DNA of 64,000 nucleotides from Anthoceros angustus (Eukaryota; Plantae; Anthocerotophyta). Below, piece after piece: positions 37,941-50,094 of the stretch. The stretch covers positions 868,001-932,000 of the forward strand of contig MU008153.1 in NCBI GenBank assembly GCA_010909165.1, written 5' to 3'. The notes below the pieces were generated by a model. It saw only the letters and a list, made by a program, of their open reading frames with translations, did not search any database and was not told the origin of the DNA. The first letter of the stretch is position 1; every line of letters begins with the position of its first letter. The position numbers and the translations under genes are program-made.

Positions 37941-38464
37941 TTTCAAGATGAAATGATGTATCGGTTATAGTATATATGTATTGGGTCATAGTCGAGATTG
38001 CGCTTCATGATGAGTCTACATACATGTTATAGAGCCATGGAGATTATTTACTGATTTAATTTTATGTTGTATGAAAATTGTTGAAAATATGTGACTTACA
38101 AAGACTTTGCTTGTGAATTGTTTTGTTTCTAGATAATTTACCTTTGCATGTAAGTTTACTACTTTATATTGATGATGTTCGTAGTATGTTTCTTGGTGCA
38201 AAGGTATTTCTTAAATTAATGTTACGCACTTGAGATATGAGGCCTAGAGTGACCATTATGATAGGTTTGGATGAAAATTTTTATTAAGATTTTCAAATGG
38301 TATACCTTATCAGTTCGACATTAACACTAATGATCCAACGGGGACTTGAGCGACAAGAACTTGAATGTTTCCGATCGGGCTTTCGGCTTGGAGGTACTTT
38401 CGCTCGCAAGTTCGAGTTTGGTAGTTTCTGCTATGGTTGAAGATGAGATAGAGGATCGCTTGAG

Positions 38465-38576
38465 CCTTGAAAATGTGATGTGGCCGTGTGAACTTAGTAA
38501 TGGATGTTGATAACGCCGGACCTTGAAAATGTGATGTGGCCGTGTGAACTTAATAATGGATGTTGATAACGCCGGA
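38465..38576. repeat. 56-bp tandem duplication
   Basis: ccttgaaaatgtgatgtggcc...taacgccgga starts at 38465 and 38521. Confidence 0.85.
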
Positions 38577-40262
38577 CATGTAACGAAGACCCTATGCATG
38601 TTTCCTGCTCTTGTTCCATATAGCGCCCTAACACTTGCAAGCTCTCCTACCAAAGAACTCAACAAGCTTGCAAGAGAAAACATTTATGAAGCAAATTGCT
38701 GAGCCACTCAGCGACTCCATCCCCAATTGATGAAGGAGAAAGAAGATGAGGAGAGAAAAAACGCCATGTTATGGCAATGGTATGAGGTCTGCCAGTTCAT
38801 ACCTGGTCACATGATATTTAGGCCTAACCGCATCGGAAAGGGTAGGGGTTTGACAATGATGAGATTTAGTAGATTTAGAGATATTTATTTTAATAACTAT
38901 TAACTTTTTTAGATATTGAACTTTGTAGTACACTAAAATTTTAGATATATACATTATAAGTATGGAATGTTTTATTTAAAAATAAATATTTTGGTACTAT
39001 CCCGTTGAAAATATTGCATAAGTTACTGGATTATAGTCCAATATGTTATTTAATATGAAACTATATTTGAATGGATTACAATTTATATATAATCGGAATA
39101 TAGTCAAGATTACCAAAGAATCTTTTTGTGCATTTTTTCATCTATTTATTCATATATTTACACAATATGGATGTCGAACCCTAGTCCTACTGCTGCTCAT
39201 GGTGTTAGTTCAATTCACTTCATAAAATGTGGTCTCACGCACACAACCTTCCAAGCGGAGTCTAGCGTCCATAAGAATTTCACCAAGGAATGCTTTACAA
39301 ACTTGTAAAGATGATTAACAATTCCTTCAAGGCTTATGTAATACTTAAAAAAATCCATTGTACATGTATATGTGTTTGAAAGTTTCTATGGTGAGACGTG
39401 AGAGCTACTTTTATGATCCACACAATCTTTGGCACAAACCATTTTTGAAGAAATAGTTGTTATTTTGGGAAACCAACGTTTTCGACAAAAAATAATTAAC
39501 CATAGCCTGTTTCAAATTTTTAAAAAATATTGAAGTGAGTGGTCGAAAACTAAAAGATGCAAAATGATAAGTGCCGAAAACATGCTGGTGTGCACACACA
39601 TCGGCCGCGAGGAGCAGGAGAGAGCACACCTCAGCGCAAGGAGTAAGAGAATACAGACCTTTGCTGGGATCCAATCTCGTGATCGCACACGAATTGGATT
39701 CAATCCAATCTTTGTGCAGCTGCAGCACTGCACAACAATTTGCAGCACACAAAGTAGCTACTTAGAGATCTACAGCAGCTGTTGCTGTTGGTGCAAAGAT
39801 TTGCAGGTTTTGCTGTAGATTGGGCTGCTAGAATGAGAGAGGCGACATAAGATACAACAGCAGCAGCGGTATCCTTGGGGTTTCCATGGTAGTTTCCAAC
39901 ACTAGCATCCCAACAGGGACGTGGGTTAGCCTAGGGCTGTCCATGTTTTCTTACTATGGAGGAATAGGGTGTGCATATGCAGCCCTATTATAATCATAAT
40001 ATTCTTTCAAGGTTTTTGTATTTCTTTATGATTTATGAGGTATTATAAAATTATATAGGAAGGTATATTATCCTATCTATTTAATATAGTCAAAATGCAA
40101 ATTTTAATATATATATATATACATTAGAATTAGAATTATAAATATATACAAATCAGAATTTTATTTAAAAATAATAACTATTTGACAGAAGGGTGTCCAA
40201 AACCGGTGGCCCTTACATATACATTTTTATGATTACACACTTCACGATACACAAGATGCATT

Positions 40263-43199
40263 TCAATTGCCACATCTCCTTGGTTTCTTAAAGCTAGAAT
40301 ACATGCAAGAGAAGATATAGGCGGCTAGAGCGGCATTGAGCAACAACAGTGTGCCACTCAATGCAGCAACTCGGTGCTGCATAAAAGCTTCGAGGTGATG
40401 GGATTGGATACACTGCTTCCACCAATTGTTTTCTGAAGAAGACTCCCGTTTATCTTGGCTCTCAACCTGGCCAGATTGCCCACGATCATCCAGTTCAATG
40501 GACTGACAAATGTGCATCGACAGTCGCAACAACCTCTCCTGCTGGTCATGGAGCAATTTACAAGAACTCTGAACACCAGGAGGCAGCATGTTCTCACTCT
40601 TAAAGGTTCTGAAAGACCTACTTGGGAGGAGCATCGCAGTTGACCCTATGCTCTCATATGGTGTTGTGCATCGGCGAGTTGCATATCTCATGTTCCCTCG
40701 ATTGATTGGCTTGTTGTTACAGAGGGCATCTGAGTTAGCTTCGAGGGCAGCGTGTACCAAGGAATGGCTGGGGCCCATCATCTGTTCCTTCGTCCTTCCA
40801 GCGTCTTCGTAATCCATGACCATACTTGGTGACGGCCTGGAACTCACCAACATCGCCTTCTCTGTGACAAGTTCATGAGCTGACGCCTTGCCACTATCCC
40901 CACCAGGTTGTCGCCTAGGGTACTTTTTTCTGAAAAGCTTTGAGTTGCTTTCACTCCCGAGCTCATCGCGGACCTCCTGAGAGTTCAAAAGACCACTCAG
41001 AGATCTTACCCTACTACCCAACATGCTTGCCTCGGATTTTGGATGTCGGAGTATGTCAGGGCAATCAGCATGCAGTTTGTCAGGAACATCTTTGTCCATT
41101 GTATGTAACATATCCTCTCCATCAAGCCAGGCCCATGAAGACCCCTGCTTAGGCTCAAACGTGAGAGCCGTAAGTTGAGAAGGTACGTCCTGCATCCTGA
41201 CGACGTACTTCTCTGTGCAGGTTTTGTTCTTCCTGAGGACACCACTTTGTAGGGAGTCGTGAGCTTTTCCATATCTGTACCCATGCAAGCCCAGGTTATC
41301 AACGTGCTTTCCCTTGTCAGTCATCCCTGTGTACGTGCTCCCACTTAGTTGGAACCCTGATTGTGTTTCTGTACTGAGAAGGTGCTCCACATCTTGCCCC
41401 ACATACCTTGTCTCGAACCTGAGGGCTGATGGACGCACTATGAGGTCGTCTCCATGCTCACTGTGTGCGTATCTGATGTCATGGGACTCCGGTGACTTAG
41501 TTGGAACCATGTAGTTTCGGCCATCACTCTGTGTTGATGCCGCCACCATCCCGAGAGAGTCCACAGGGGTGGTGTGTCTCACGGAGGTTGACCTACAAGT
41601 TCCAGAATGATGTCTCATCTCTTCAGCATGGAAGACAGCGCAACTCTGCCACGCTGTGTCATCACCTCCATCCTGCTCAAAGGTCGGGGCGAATGCCGCA
41701 ACATCTTCAACACCCGAATACCTTCCTGACTTGATGCTTTCACAGGCCCCGATGACAAGGTCACCTTCAACATCACCGAAACTCCTACCCCTACCGCTTA
41801 CCCATTTGCCTTTAACAGGTGGAGAGGAACATCTAACAGGACTGAGATGGTCAGAAGCATCCAACGGTAAGTATAACTCGTTGTCAATGACGTCAAACTC
41901 CTCAAGCCATCGGGGCAGGTGACCAGCGCCACGACCACTGGTTTCACCATGATACTTCGCTGTGTCCACCTTGTGCTCAACGGCTGGGCTGAGGGAATGA
42001 GTACAGTCCATCTCCTGCATGAACTGGAAAGCCGGATCAAGCCCCAAAGGGGCTACACCTTCTGCTTCGTGAGTGTGCAGCTCCACAGGTGCGCAGTCCT
42101 CGCAGTTGGCATCGACATCCCTCCTAGCACAAGTATGCTCGGCTCCCAGCGAAAGTTCCAAATCTGCTTCCTCCTTCCAAGAGCACTTCCCCTGCATATC
42201 TACGACATTATTCGTAGACTCCCACTGTCCTTGGAAGCTTACGCTCATGCCTACAGCACTGGAGAAAACTTCAAAGCTCGAATTCCACTCCTGCTCTTCA
42301 TCAGCTACGATCCATTCCACGGAAGCCACGGATATCTTGGGAACTGTTTCCTTACCATCATCTTTGCTTTCATCAGCAGAGCTTGGCAGACATTCCTCAT
42401 CACCCACAATCAAAACTCCCCGAGGTTTGCACTTCCTGCGGTCCCTCACGGTCCCTCCAGAACCCACGAGCGGGCCAGCCGCAAAGCAACCTCTACCTGC
42501 TGGTGTCCCGGATCCCTTCAGCTTCCTCACGAATTCTGGAGAACTGGCTGTCTCCACCAGCGGAACCATCTCGTCATCATCATCATCAGACCAACCGGGG
42601 GTACCAAAAATGGCCCCAACATCAACTCCCTCTCCAACCTCGACAGAGCCGGCAATCTCCGCTCCCGATAGCTCCCGCTCGTCCTCCAAACTCTCCTTAC
42701 AGCCGTCTGAGCCGAAATCCCCACTCTGAAGACCATCAGTCCAAGGCACCCAATCAACATCACCGCAGAAGCCATTGATTCCATCCCTGACCCTATCCCC
42801 ATCCCCCGCCTTTCTGCTCAAACCACGCTGCCAAACTCTCCCAGCTGCCACAGCACCGCTGCCCCCCTCACAAGGCTTCAACCCAACCCTCTTCACACCG
42901 TGCACCCGGCCAGCCACATTGTCGAAATGACCATACCTTCCTGCTGCCTTCCCAGCTCTCCTGGCCGGAATAAGCACCTCTTCCACTTCCACCTCCACCT
43001 CCTTGGGATGCTTCACATTCACAGGCAGAGGAATGGCATTCAGCATTTCCGTGGGAAGAACTGATTCACCCTTCCTCCTGGCCACATTATTGCAAGGCTT
43101 GTGCTCCCCCAGCGGCTTCCTTGCCCGCTGCGAGGGAGGCCGCCTGCTCCTGTCCTTCCCTGCCGGAGCTGGAGAGCTAGGCGGAGCAAACAGCGGCAT
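40263..43199 (-). CDS. 978-aa single-exon protein of unknown function, largely low-complexity, with a C-terminal TM helix (tail-anchored candidate)
   Basis: 2.9-kb ATG-initiated ORF without stops; hydrophobic LSGTLLLLNAALAAYIFSCMY followed by basic KKPRR at the C-terminus; a local paralog exists at 33515-34135. Confidence 0.8.
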   Translation of the reverse strand: MPLFAPPSSPAPAGKDRSRRPPSQRARKPLGEHKPCNNVARRKGESVLPTEMLNAIPLPVNVKHPKEVEVEVEEVLIPARRAGKAAGRYGHFDNVAGRVHGVKRVGLKPCEGGSGAVAAGRVWQRGLSRKAGDGDRVRDGINGFCGDVDWVPWTDGLQSGDFGSDGCKESLEDERELSGAEIAGSVEVGEGVDVGAIFGTPGWSDDDDDEMVPLVETASSPEFVRKLKGSGTPAGRGCFAAGPLVGSGGTVRDRRKCKPRGVLIVGDEECLPSSADESKDDGKETVPKISVASVEWIVADEEQEWNSSFEVFSSAVGMSVSFQGQWESTNNVVDMQGKCSWKEEADLELSLGAEHTCARRDVDANCEDCAPVELHTHEAEGVAPLGLDPAFQFMQEMDCTHSLSPAVEHKVDTAKYHGETSGRGAGHLPRWLEEFDVIDNELYLPLDASDHLSPVRCSSPPVKGKWVSGRGRSFGDVEGDLVIGACESIKSGRYSGVEDVAAFAPTFEQDGGDDTAWQSCAVFHAEEMRHHSGTCRSTSVRHTTPVDSLGMVAASTQSDGRNYMVPTKSPESHDIRYAHSEHGDDLIVRPSALRFETRYVGQDVEHLLSTETQSGFQLSGSTYTGMTDKGKHVDNLGLHGYRYGKAHDSLQSGVLRKNKTCTEKYVVRMQDVPSQLTALTFEPKQGSSWAWLDGEDMLHTMDKDVPDKLHADCPDILRHPKSEASMLGSRVRSLSGLLNSQEVRDELGSESNSKLFRKKYPRRQPGGDSGKASAHELVTEKAMLVSSRPSPSMVMDYEDAGRTKEQMMGPSHSLVHAALEANSDALCNNKPINRGNMRYATRRCTTPYESIGSTAMLLPSRSFRTFKSENMLPPGVQSSCKLLHDQQERLLRLSMHICQSIELDDRGQSGQVESQDKRESSSENNWWKQCIQSHHLEAFMQHRVAALSGTLLLLNAALAAYIFSCMYSSFKKPRRCGN

Positions 43200-44439
43200 G
43201 TTGGCATCACTCCCAACCTAAAGCCATCAATGTCTCCAACAGAAAAGCATGATCGAGCTTTCAATGCAATAGACAGCGCCAGGGGAGGTTTGATCTCTCA
43301 CAACAAAAGCCTGGATCGAAGCACCTTGATGGCGGGAGAAGGTAGGCTGCTCTTCACAATTTCCCGCGCACTCACCGTACCACGTCATAGGGCTTTCAAA
43401 CTTTTCCCGGGCTCCGATACTTGTACGAAAACCTGTCACCCGACGAAATTTGAAGTTTTGAATGCTTCCACACTCCAGTCGTCTCGCGAGTCGAATCACG
43501 ACTCCATTTTCTACAGCTCCACTCGTGCCATGGTAAAGTCATCTGGTGCAGCTCGCTAGCGGCCTAGTCATCAGTCCAGTCCCAGGGGGATGATCTGAAT
43601 GGGGTTGGGGAACTCGTACTCTGCTTCTTCCTCGTTATGGCGACGAAAAGCAACAGGATGCGATCTGCGTATGTTGAATCTCATGCTCCCGCAGTGAGGA
43701 CTTGTGTAGGCACCATAAACCCGCCGGTAGCTTGCCACCTCGCGAGGACTAAACAGCCAAGCTCTGCCTGTGTCCGAACCGAATATGTACCATAGAGTTA
43801 CTCCTAAGCCGAAGGCGAATCCCCAAACGAAGCCTACAAGTAAAGCATGATCCTCCATAGTATACAAATATCCTACCCTGTCCAATGTCATTGCTGACGG
43901 ATTGAGTACCCTGTCCAGTTCCGTTGGGGCCAGATTGTTTGTCATTGGAGCCAACTTAGAAGTGAGGCTTGATTGATAGGGAACACAATATTCCCATACA
44001 ATATGGTTATATTTACTATGCACACTAGGTACTATCACACAAGCACACTTGCACACACCACACCCCACACCTAGTGGGCTTGGCCTTATATAGTCCTCAG
44101 TCTTGAATCCTATGGGTATGTCTTGAATCCTATCGGTATGTTGCCTGTGCCCTGTACTTGAATCCCATTGGTCAGTGGACTTGCTCTTTACTCATTGGTC
44201 AGTTGACGTGCCCTTTACTCTTGGGCTTTCTAGAAGATATTTGGTCTCTTACATGCCCTATACTTGAATCCCATTGGTCAATTGACTTGGCCTTTGCTCT
44301 TGGGCTTTCTACAAAATATTCTCTAGAAGATACATGAAGCTAGAAGGCATACAAATTTGTTATTTTTACGGCACTCTTCATAACATATTTTGATATGTTG
44401 TACTAAATCATTTTTAACACTCTTACTCAACACTTCAAA

Positions 44440-44830
44440 ATTATTCCCTTAGGCCTAGCATCTTGTATGTTTGTCTAAAGTCAAGCCTTTGGTCAAAATA
44501 TCTGCCGGCATGACTTCCGTTGGACATGACTCTAGCTTTGCCTCCTTTGATTTGAACTTCTCTCGTACAAAGTGATGTTTCACTTCGATGTGCTTATTTC
44601 TAGCATGAAATGTTGCATTCTTAGCTTAGAAGATACAACCTTGATTGTCATTGAAGATTCCTTTTGCTTGAATCTCATTTCCTCTAGCAAGTTAGTAACC
44701 ATATCACCTCCATGACTGCAGAGCATGTTGCCATATAGAGGATAGAGCCACAATAGGTTGTCTCCTACTATTCCAAGAAATGGCTCCCCCATTCAACATA
44801 TTAAACGCATATCTAGTGGTACATTTGCGA
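44440..44830 (-). mobile_element. Ty1/Copia RNase H remnant
   Basis: FH(A)RNKHIEVKHHFVREKF..EVMPADILTKGLTLDK on the minus strand. Confidence 0.8.
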
Positions 44831-46208
44831 CTATTCATGCATGGAGAACTAGAGCAGGACGACGAGTCTTTGTGTAATTCCTGGCCTGTACACTATGGGA
44901 GGCATTGCTATCATTGCGCCCATTGAGGCTAAGTGGTCTTGCTTCCAGCTGCTGGAAGTTTATTTCCTTGCTTCCTTCCTTGTACAGTTGTCCCCGTAGA
45001 AGGCGAGCCGGACTCATTTGTTGCAAGTTCACCGTGCGAGCTAGCGCTTAGTGCTGTGAACTATGACGAGTGTGGATGCGGTCATCCGTGCTTAGTCTAC
45101 TAAGCACAGTCTACTATAGCATCGCACATGCTTTGTGTCCACCACAATGTACTCCTGCCACGATCCTTGCACATCCTTCAAGTACCTTGGGAAGATGATG
45201 GTCGTCACTCTCTGCCTGACCCGGAACTGGGTCACACCATCTCTGATCTGAGCACACATAAACATCCGAATCCGCTGAAATTCAGTAGATCGGTCTCCAT
45301 TCTTTACGACCCACCAACACATTTCACCGTTCTCACATCACCAGCTCCAACCCAACAAATTGAGCTCACCTCATCGACGACGCTGCATCCATCACTGCCC
45401 ACGATCACCTGGGTGGCGGGATTTGCATCCACCAAGTCGTGGACCCTGTCGAAGCGGGCGGTCATAAGATCGGTGGGATTGATGCCGCGCATGGTACCGA
45501 TGCGCATCAGCACCGATCCAAGTGGGGAAGAGCTAGCCGGAGGCCTCTGCTTCTCCACCAGCTCCAGCATGTCGGCGGCAATCGCTCTCCCCATATATGG
45601 CTCAAATCCCTTCATTGCCAGAGCGTCTCCCTCTCCCATTTTATCTTGTGCTCTCCACTGTTCTTCGCCGATCTTGTCACCCTCCAGGCTTCTCATCCCA
45701 CTCTCCCCATAGCCATTTGAAGCAGATGCGTAGCATCATTTGGATGAGCATGTGTGTGTGGATTGTATGTTGGATAATTGTTTGTTGGATTCACAATATT
45801 GTTTTTTGAGCACTTATGGTGACGACGTCTGGACAGACCTATTGAAGCCGCCGGATGCGTATGGGTAGCATCTCTCATGTCTTTTACATTTTTAGATTAT
45901 AACATTAAAAACAAATGCAAAACATCTCTTAGATTAATTAGCTTCCTCCCTTCAACGAGTGACATCCATACATCCACAAAGGGGCAATTCAGTACTAGGA
46001 TGTGGTGTCTCCAGCCTCAGTTTCATGGCCTTATGGGGTATGGCCTTATCGGCTCAACATTCGTTAAAATCTTACCCTCGTCCCCATGCTATGTGAGGTA
46101 CTAAGTGAATCCCTTGTGTATGACTAGGAGATGAATGAATATGCAATATAAATGTGTAGATATAAGGTTCATATTAAGCACCGAAACCTAGACTTGTGTC
46201 TTGTGGAA

Positions 46209-46266
46209 TATAGATTCATATGCGGTATATAGATTCATATGCGGTATATAGATTCATATGCGGTAC
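46209..46266. repeat. 19-bp tandem repeat x3
   Basis: TATAGATTCATATGCGGTA repeated three times. Confidence 0.85.
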
Positions 46267-46515
46267 ATAGAGTCATTTTTCCAAAACCTAGTCATCATAT
46301 TTCAGTCCCATGACGGAAATCCGTCCTTACTGAACTTAAATAAAATTCTTCTTCTTCTTCTTCTTCTAGACTCGTACAAACATAGATTCATCTTATGTTC
46401 AATGATAATATGTTATATCATAGAGGCTCTATTTGTTTTAGTGAACTAAGTTTCATTTAACAAATAAGATAGCCAGATATCATATTTTATTTATTTATGA
46501 ACAAAATATTATATA

Positions 46516-47242
46516 CAGTCCACCCCTCCGTAATTGGGACTGGTTCGGAGTGCCTTTAGAGATTCAATTAAGGGAGGTGTCCCGATTAGATTTTTTCATT
46601 TAAAAAAATAAGAAAAGTATTATAAATTTTAAAAAAATTAAAAAAAACATAAAAAAGGATAATTCAAATTTTGATTGATAGGTTTCACTAAAAATAACTT
46701 TTACCACTTCTCTACATAGTTGCTTGAAAGTTAGCACTCTCTCTAAGAAGCATTAAATAACCTCTACTTATCATAAAGGAAAAAGCTTAGCTTAGGAGTC
46801 GTCAATCACACCTAAAAGTCTATTGTGCTATGAAATAATAGACAATACTCCTTTGCAACTGCGATACTTTGATATGATGAATAATCACGTATTTCTCAAA
46901 GACATTAAGGAATGCCAAAGAGTATTATTGGTAGTATCTTGAGCATTATAACTTATTCTCGATCGTCATGTGCTTATGTTATGTTGATAGATTACGAAGT
47001 CTATTTGATACCTATTTCATACCTATTCGCTTCCTTTTTCCTTTTTTTTAAGTTTTTTAGCAAAAAATAGAAAATCCCATTTAGGGAGGTGAAACTAACA
47101 TGAATGTATGTTTCAAAAGGTCCCAATTACCATATAGGGAAAATTCCCATTTTTTACACTGTAAACTAAAGGGAGTAGGATCGGAGGTCCCATTTAGTGA
47201 GGAATCCCATTTATAGAGTTCTCAATTAGGAGGGGCCGACTG
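46516..47242. mobile_element. Tc1/mariner (pogo/Tigger-like) MITE, family C
   Basis: Left TA-CAGTCCACCCCTCCGTAATTGGG; right end reverse-complements to CAGTCGGCCCCTCCTAATTGAG; AT-rich interior; right TA degenerate. Confidence 0.7.
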
Positions 47243-47490
47243 TCTACAAGTCATGTCTTTACACATATTAATTTTGCTTCGTTTCTACTCCAATAAATAC
47301 AAAAATTTTACTTTGCTATTGTATCGTATGGTATAGTATTGTTTTTTCGGCGCAGAGATGAACACATTTCGTAGCTTGGAAAGTTGCATTTTTTAAATTT
47401 GTATTTGCAACTCTTCAAATCTATTCATTTTTAGCCTCTAATATATAATATATCTAGATATGTTAACTAACTGAAATTATATTTCACCAT

Positions 47491-47943
47491 TTATGATCCG
47501 GATTCAACAGGTCCATATTTCATTTGACATGAACGTGTCCTAATTTCACCCCCTTGTGCATTAAAACAAGTGTCATCCTTAACACCAAGACCGAAGTACA
47601 ATTCACCTGCTGCATATAATAGACAACTCTTACACCCTTCTAAAGAGATGTTGAGAGTACATCCTACTGAGATATTTAATGTATTTTCTGCATTATGTCC
47701 ATTAAAAGTTTGATATCCTTTTGGATCATGTTGATTTTCCATATAAAAATCAACAATACCATATAATGTTTGTCTCACCGTCTCATCATATAAGGCGCCA
47801 GCTGAATCATATGCATGTTTACCATAACAACGATAGTAGATTAAATCTTTTGGATTGTTTTCCCCGAAACTGATTGGATAAGTGCAATAGAGAATGAACA
47901 TGAATAAAATGCAATTATATATGGACCATGTACGAGCAGCCAT
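47491..47943 (-). CDS. secreted single-domain Gnk2/DUF26 cysteine-rich protein, 150 aa, intronless
   Basis: Signal-peptide-like N-terminus; C-X8-C-X2-C (GCTLNISLEGCKSC); six Cys in the mature domain; terminal SCQMKY. Confidence 0.85.
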   Translation of the reverse strand: MAARTWSIYNCILFMFILYCTYPISFGENNPKDLIYYRCYGKHAYDSAGALYDETVRQTLYGIVDFYMENQHDPKGYQTFNGHNAENTLNISVGCTLNISLEGCKSCLLYAAGELYFGLGVKDDTCFNAQGGEIRTRSCQMKYGPVESGS

Positions 47944-48589
47944 GGTAGAACTCTAACTTAAATGGTGTATATTACTCATTTCAGCATGAACTCAAATATG
48001 TACTAGGTATGGATATGTTTTTCTTGTTTCAAGTGAGAATATTCTCAAATTTAAAAAATTATAGCTAATTATACTTTAAAAAATTATTTTAATTCTCTAT
48101 ATTTTCTCATAATTTGGTCACCAAAATGAATGAATCTAATATAAATTTTCAAATGTAGACGACCTACATCAAAATTTATAGTTTGCCATCATTGGTAGCA
48201 AGGAAAGGGGTTACTACTTGGACATGAATTCTTTACTAATCTGGAAGGGGCACATATATTATTATTTAAATAATAACTTAAAATTTTTGCAGTCTATTTT
48301 TTATAGTAGCTAGATTATTAAATAATCAAAGAATTAGAAGTTGTGGCCATTGTAAGGAGTGAGATGTTAATTTGAATATACTTTAAAACGGTAGGTTAAT
48401 CAGTGGATAATGGATCCTACTTGTACTATTTTCCTCTACAACAGATTTTTTTTCCCTTTGCTTCGGAGAATGCAACCTAGTTTTGTAAGTATACGATTTT
48501 GTTAAGAAAGCCATTTTCAGCATTCTTAATGTAACTTATCATTTCTCAACGAGTCGAGCCCCCACGACAAAAGGTACATGGACTTTTGC

Positions 48590-49100
48590 ATTAACCCATG
48601 CCCCTTCGACTTTTCCCATGGGAACAGATTACATTAGACTTCATCGTGGGCTTGCCCCTTACTCCTCAAGGACACACTGCTGTCTTGGTTTTTACAGTTA
48701 AACTCATTTAGATGGTTCACGTTGCACCAACACACGACATCTGTAGAGCACAAGATGGAGTGCTGGAAGCGTCGTAAGAGAGTAAGACACTGGAAGCCAA
48801 AAGTATTCCGGTCAAAAAGCACATTGGTCTTCACTTGTACGAATTCAGCCGCAAGTGTTTGGGGAAAGAGTTCACCCATGAGCTTGGACGCCCACATGTG
48901 GCTTTCCGGATTATGTGTGCGAGTATTACACCGAGGTCTAAGAAAACCGGGCAAGGGAGTTAAATGTACCACATTGTTAACAAGACCTTGAGCGGAGGAG
49001 ACTCATTTCAGCGTACAATGCTGCTTACTTAAGATGAGATTGTTCTCCACATAGGCCGCACCTGGACGGGAGATTGACAGGATGGTCTAGAATCTTAGCA
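48590..49100 (+). mobile_element. Ty3/Gypsy integrase remnant
   Basis: LFPWEQITLDFIVGLP..GHTAVLVFTVKL, matching the Gypsy PW..I.MDFI.GLP pattern; stops and frameshifts downstream. Confidence 0.7.
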
Positions 49101-50094
49101 AACTTTTTATCGGGGTTGGCAGGGGTCAAACGATGACCCCTACCAGTAAGTTGGAAAAGGACGTGACCTTCCCACCAAACTTGGGAGGGTTAGTGGAAGA
49201 GCAGAGCATAGAAATCTGAGATGGGATTTGGACTATACCGTGCCAACCATAGAGAGGATTTGACTCACTAATGAGTGCAATTGGACAGGAAGGGCTGGTA
49301 ATCTCACCTACAAAAACTTCTGGGTAATGGAAGATTCAACAAGAGTACATATTGGGGACCACGGTTCCCACATGACAAGATAAACTCCTATGAACTTTTC
49401 AGTGGATTACAACAATAGACGGGTGAGAAAAGGATCGTCATATTTCACTTGAAAAGAACCGTCAGTCTTAGCTAGCAAATGCATAAATGGGAAGTGAGCC
49501 AACAATAGTATGTGCGAAGTCTTCAATACTTGAATAAAGGGAGTAGGGCCAAATATTGGTTTGCCTACCAACGTGGTAGCGGATAATGCGGCTGCTTTCG
49601 TCTTAAAGAAGCTTTTTTCCATAAGAACATATTCAAAGGGACCAAGTGGAATGGGTTCAGACCAGCTAGAGTCAATGTTTGGAGTCACCGGGGAGAGTTG
49701 ATCGCGTAGGAAACGGAAGCAAACTACAGACAATGGACGAGGCAACAGACCTCAAGTTAATTACTAGCCCTGTCAACTGGGCATCAACCTACATGTTAGA
49801 GTTGATAGTGTTACCGGCCGCCACGACATCCCATACAGGGGAGAAGCTGGCCGTATGGAAACAGACCATAAGTGAACCAATCGGCAGAGCACCCAGGACG
49901 CAGGCCCTAAGCCGCCATAGCGGTGAACGCACGTACGGTTGTCACCGCATACCGAGCCCTATCCTCCATCACCACTCCGCCATCAGCCACGAAGAACCTC
50001 ATTGCCAAAATCCGGGAAATGCTGCAACCGGAGTAGGTCGAGACTAGCCCCTTTGCTTCCAATTACAAAAATTATAGAATTGTTCTACCAACAC

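Noticed and set aside
42073-42729. 218-250 aa plus-strand ORFs
   Set aside because: Antisense shadows of the 978-aa ORF.
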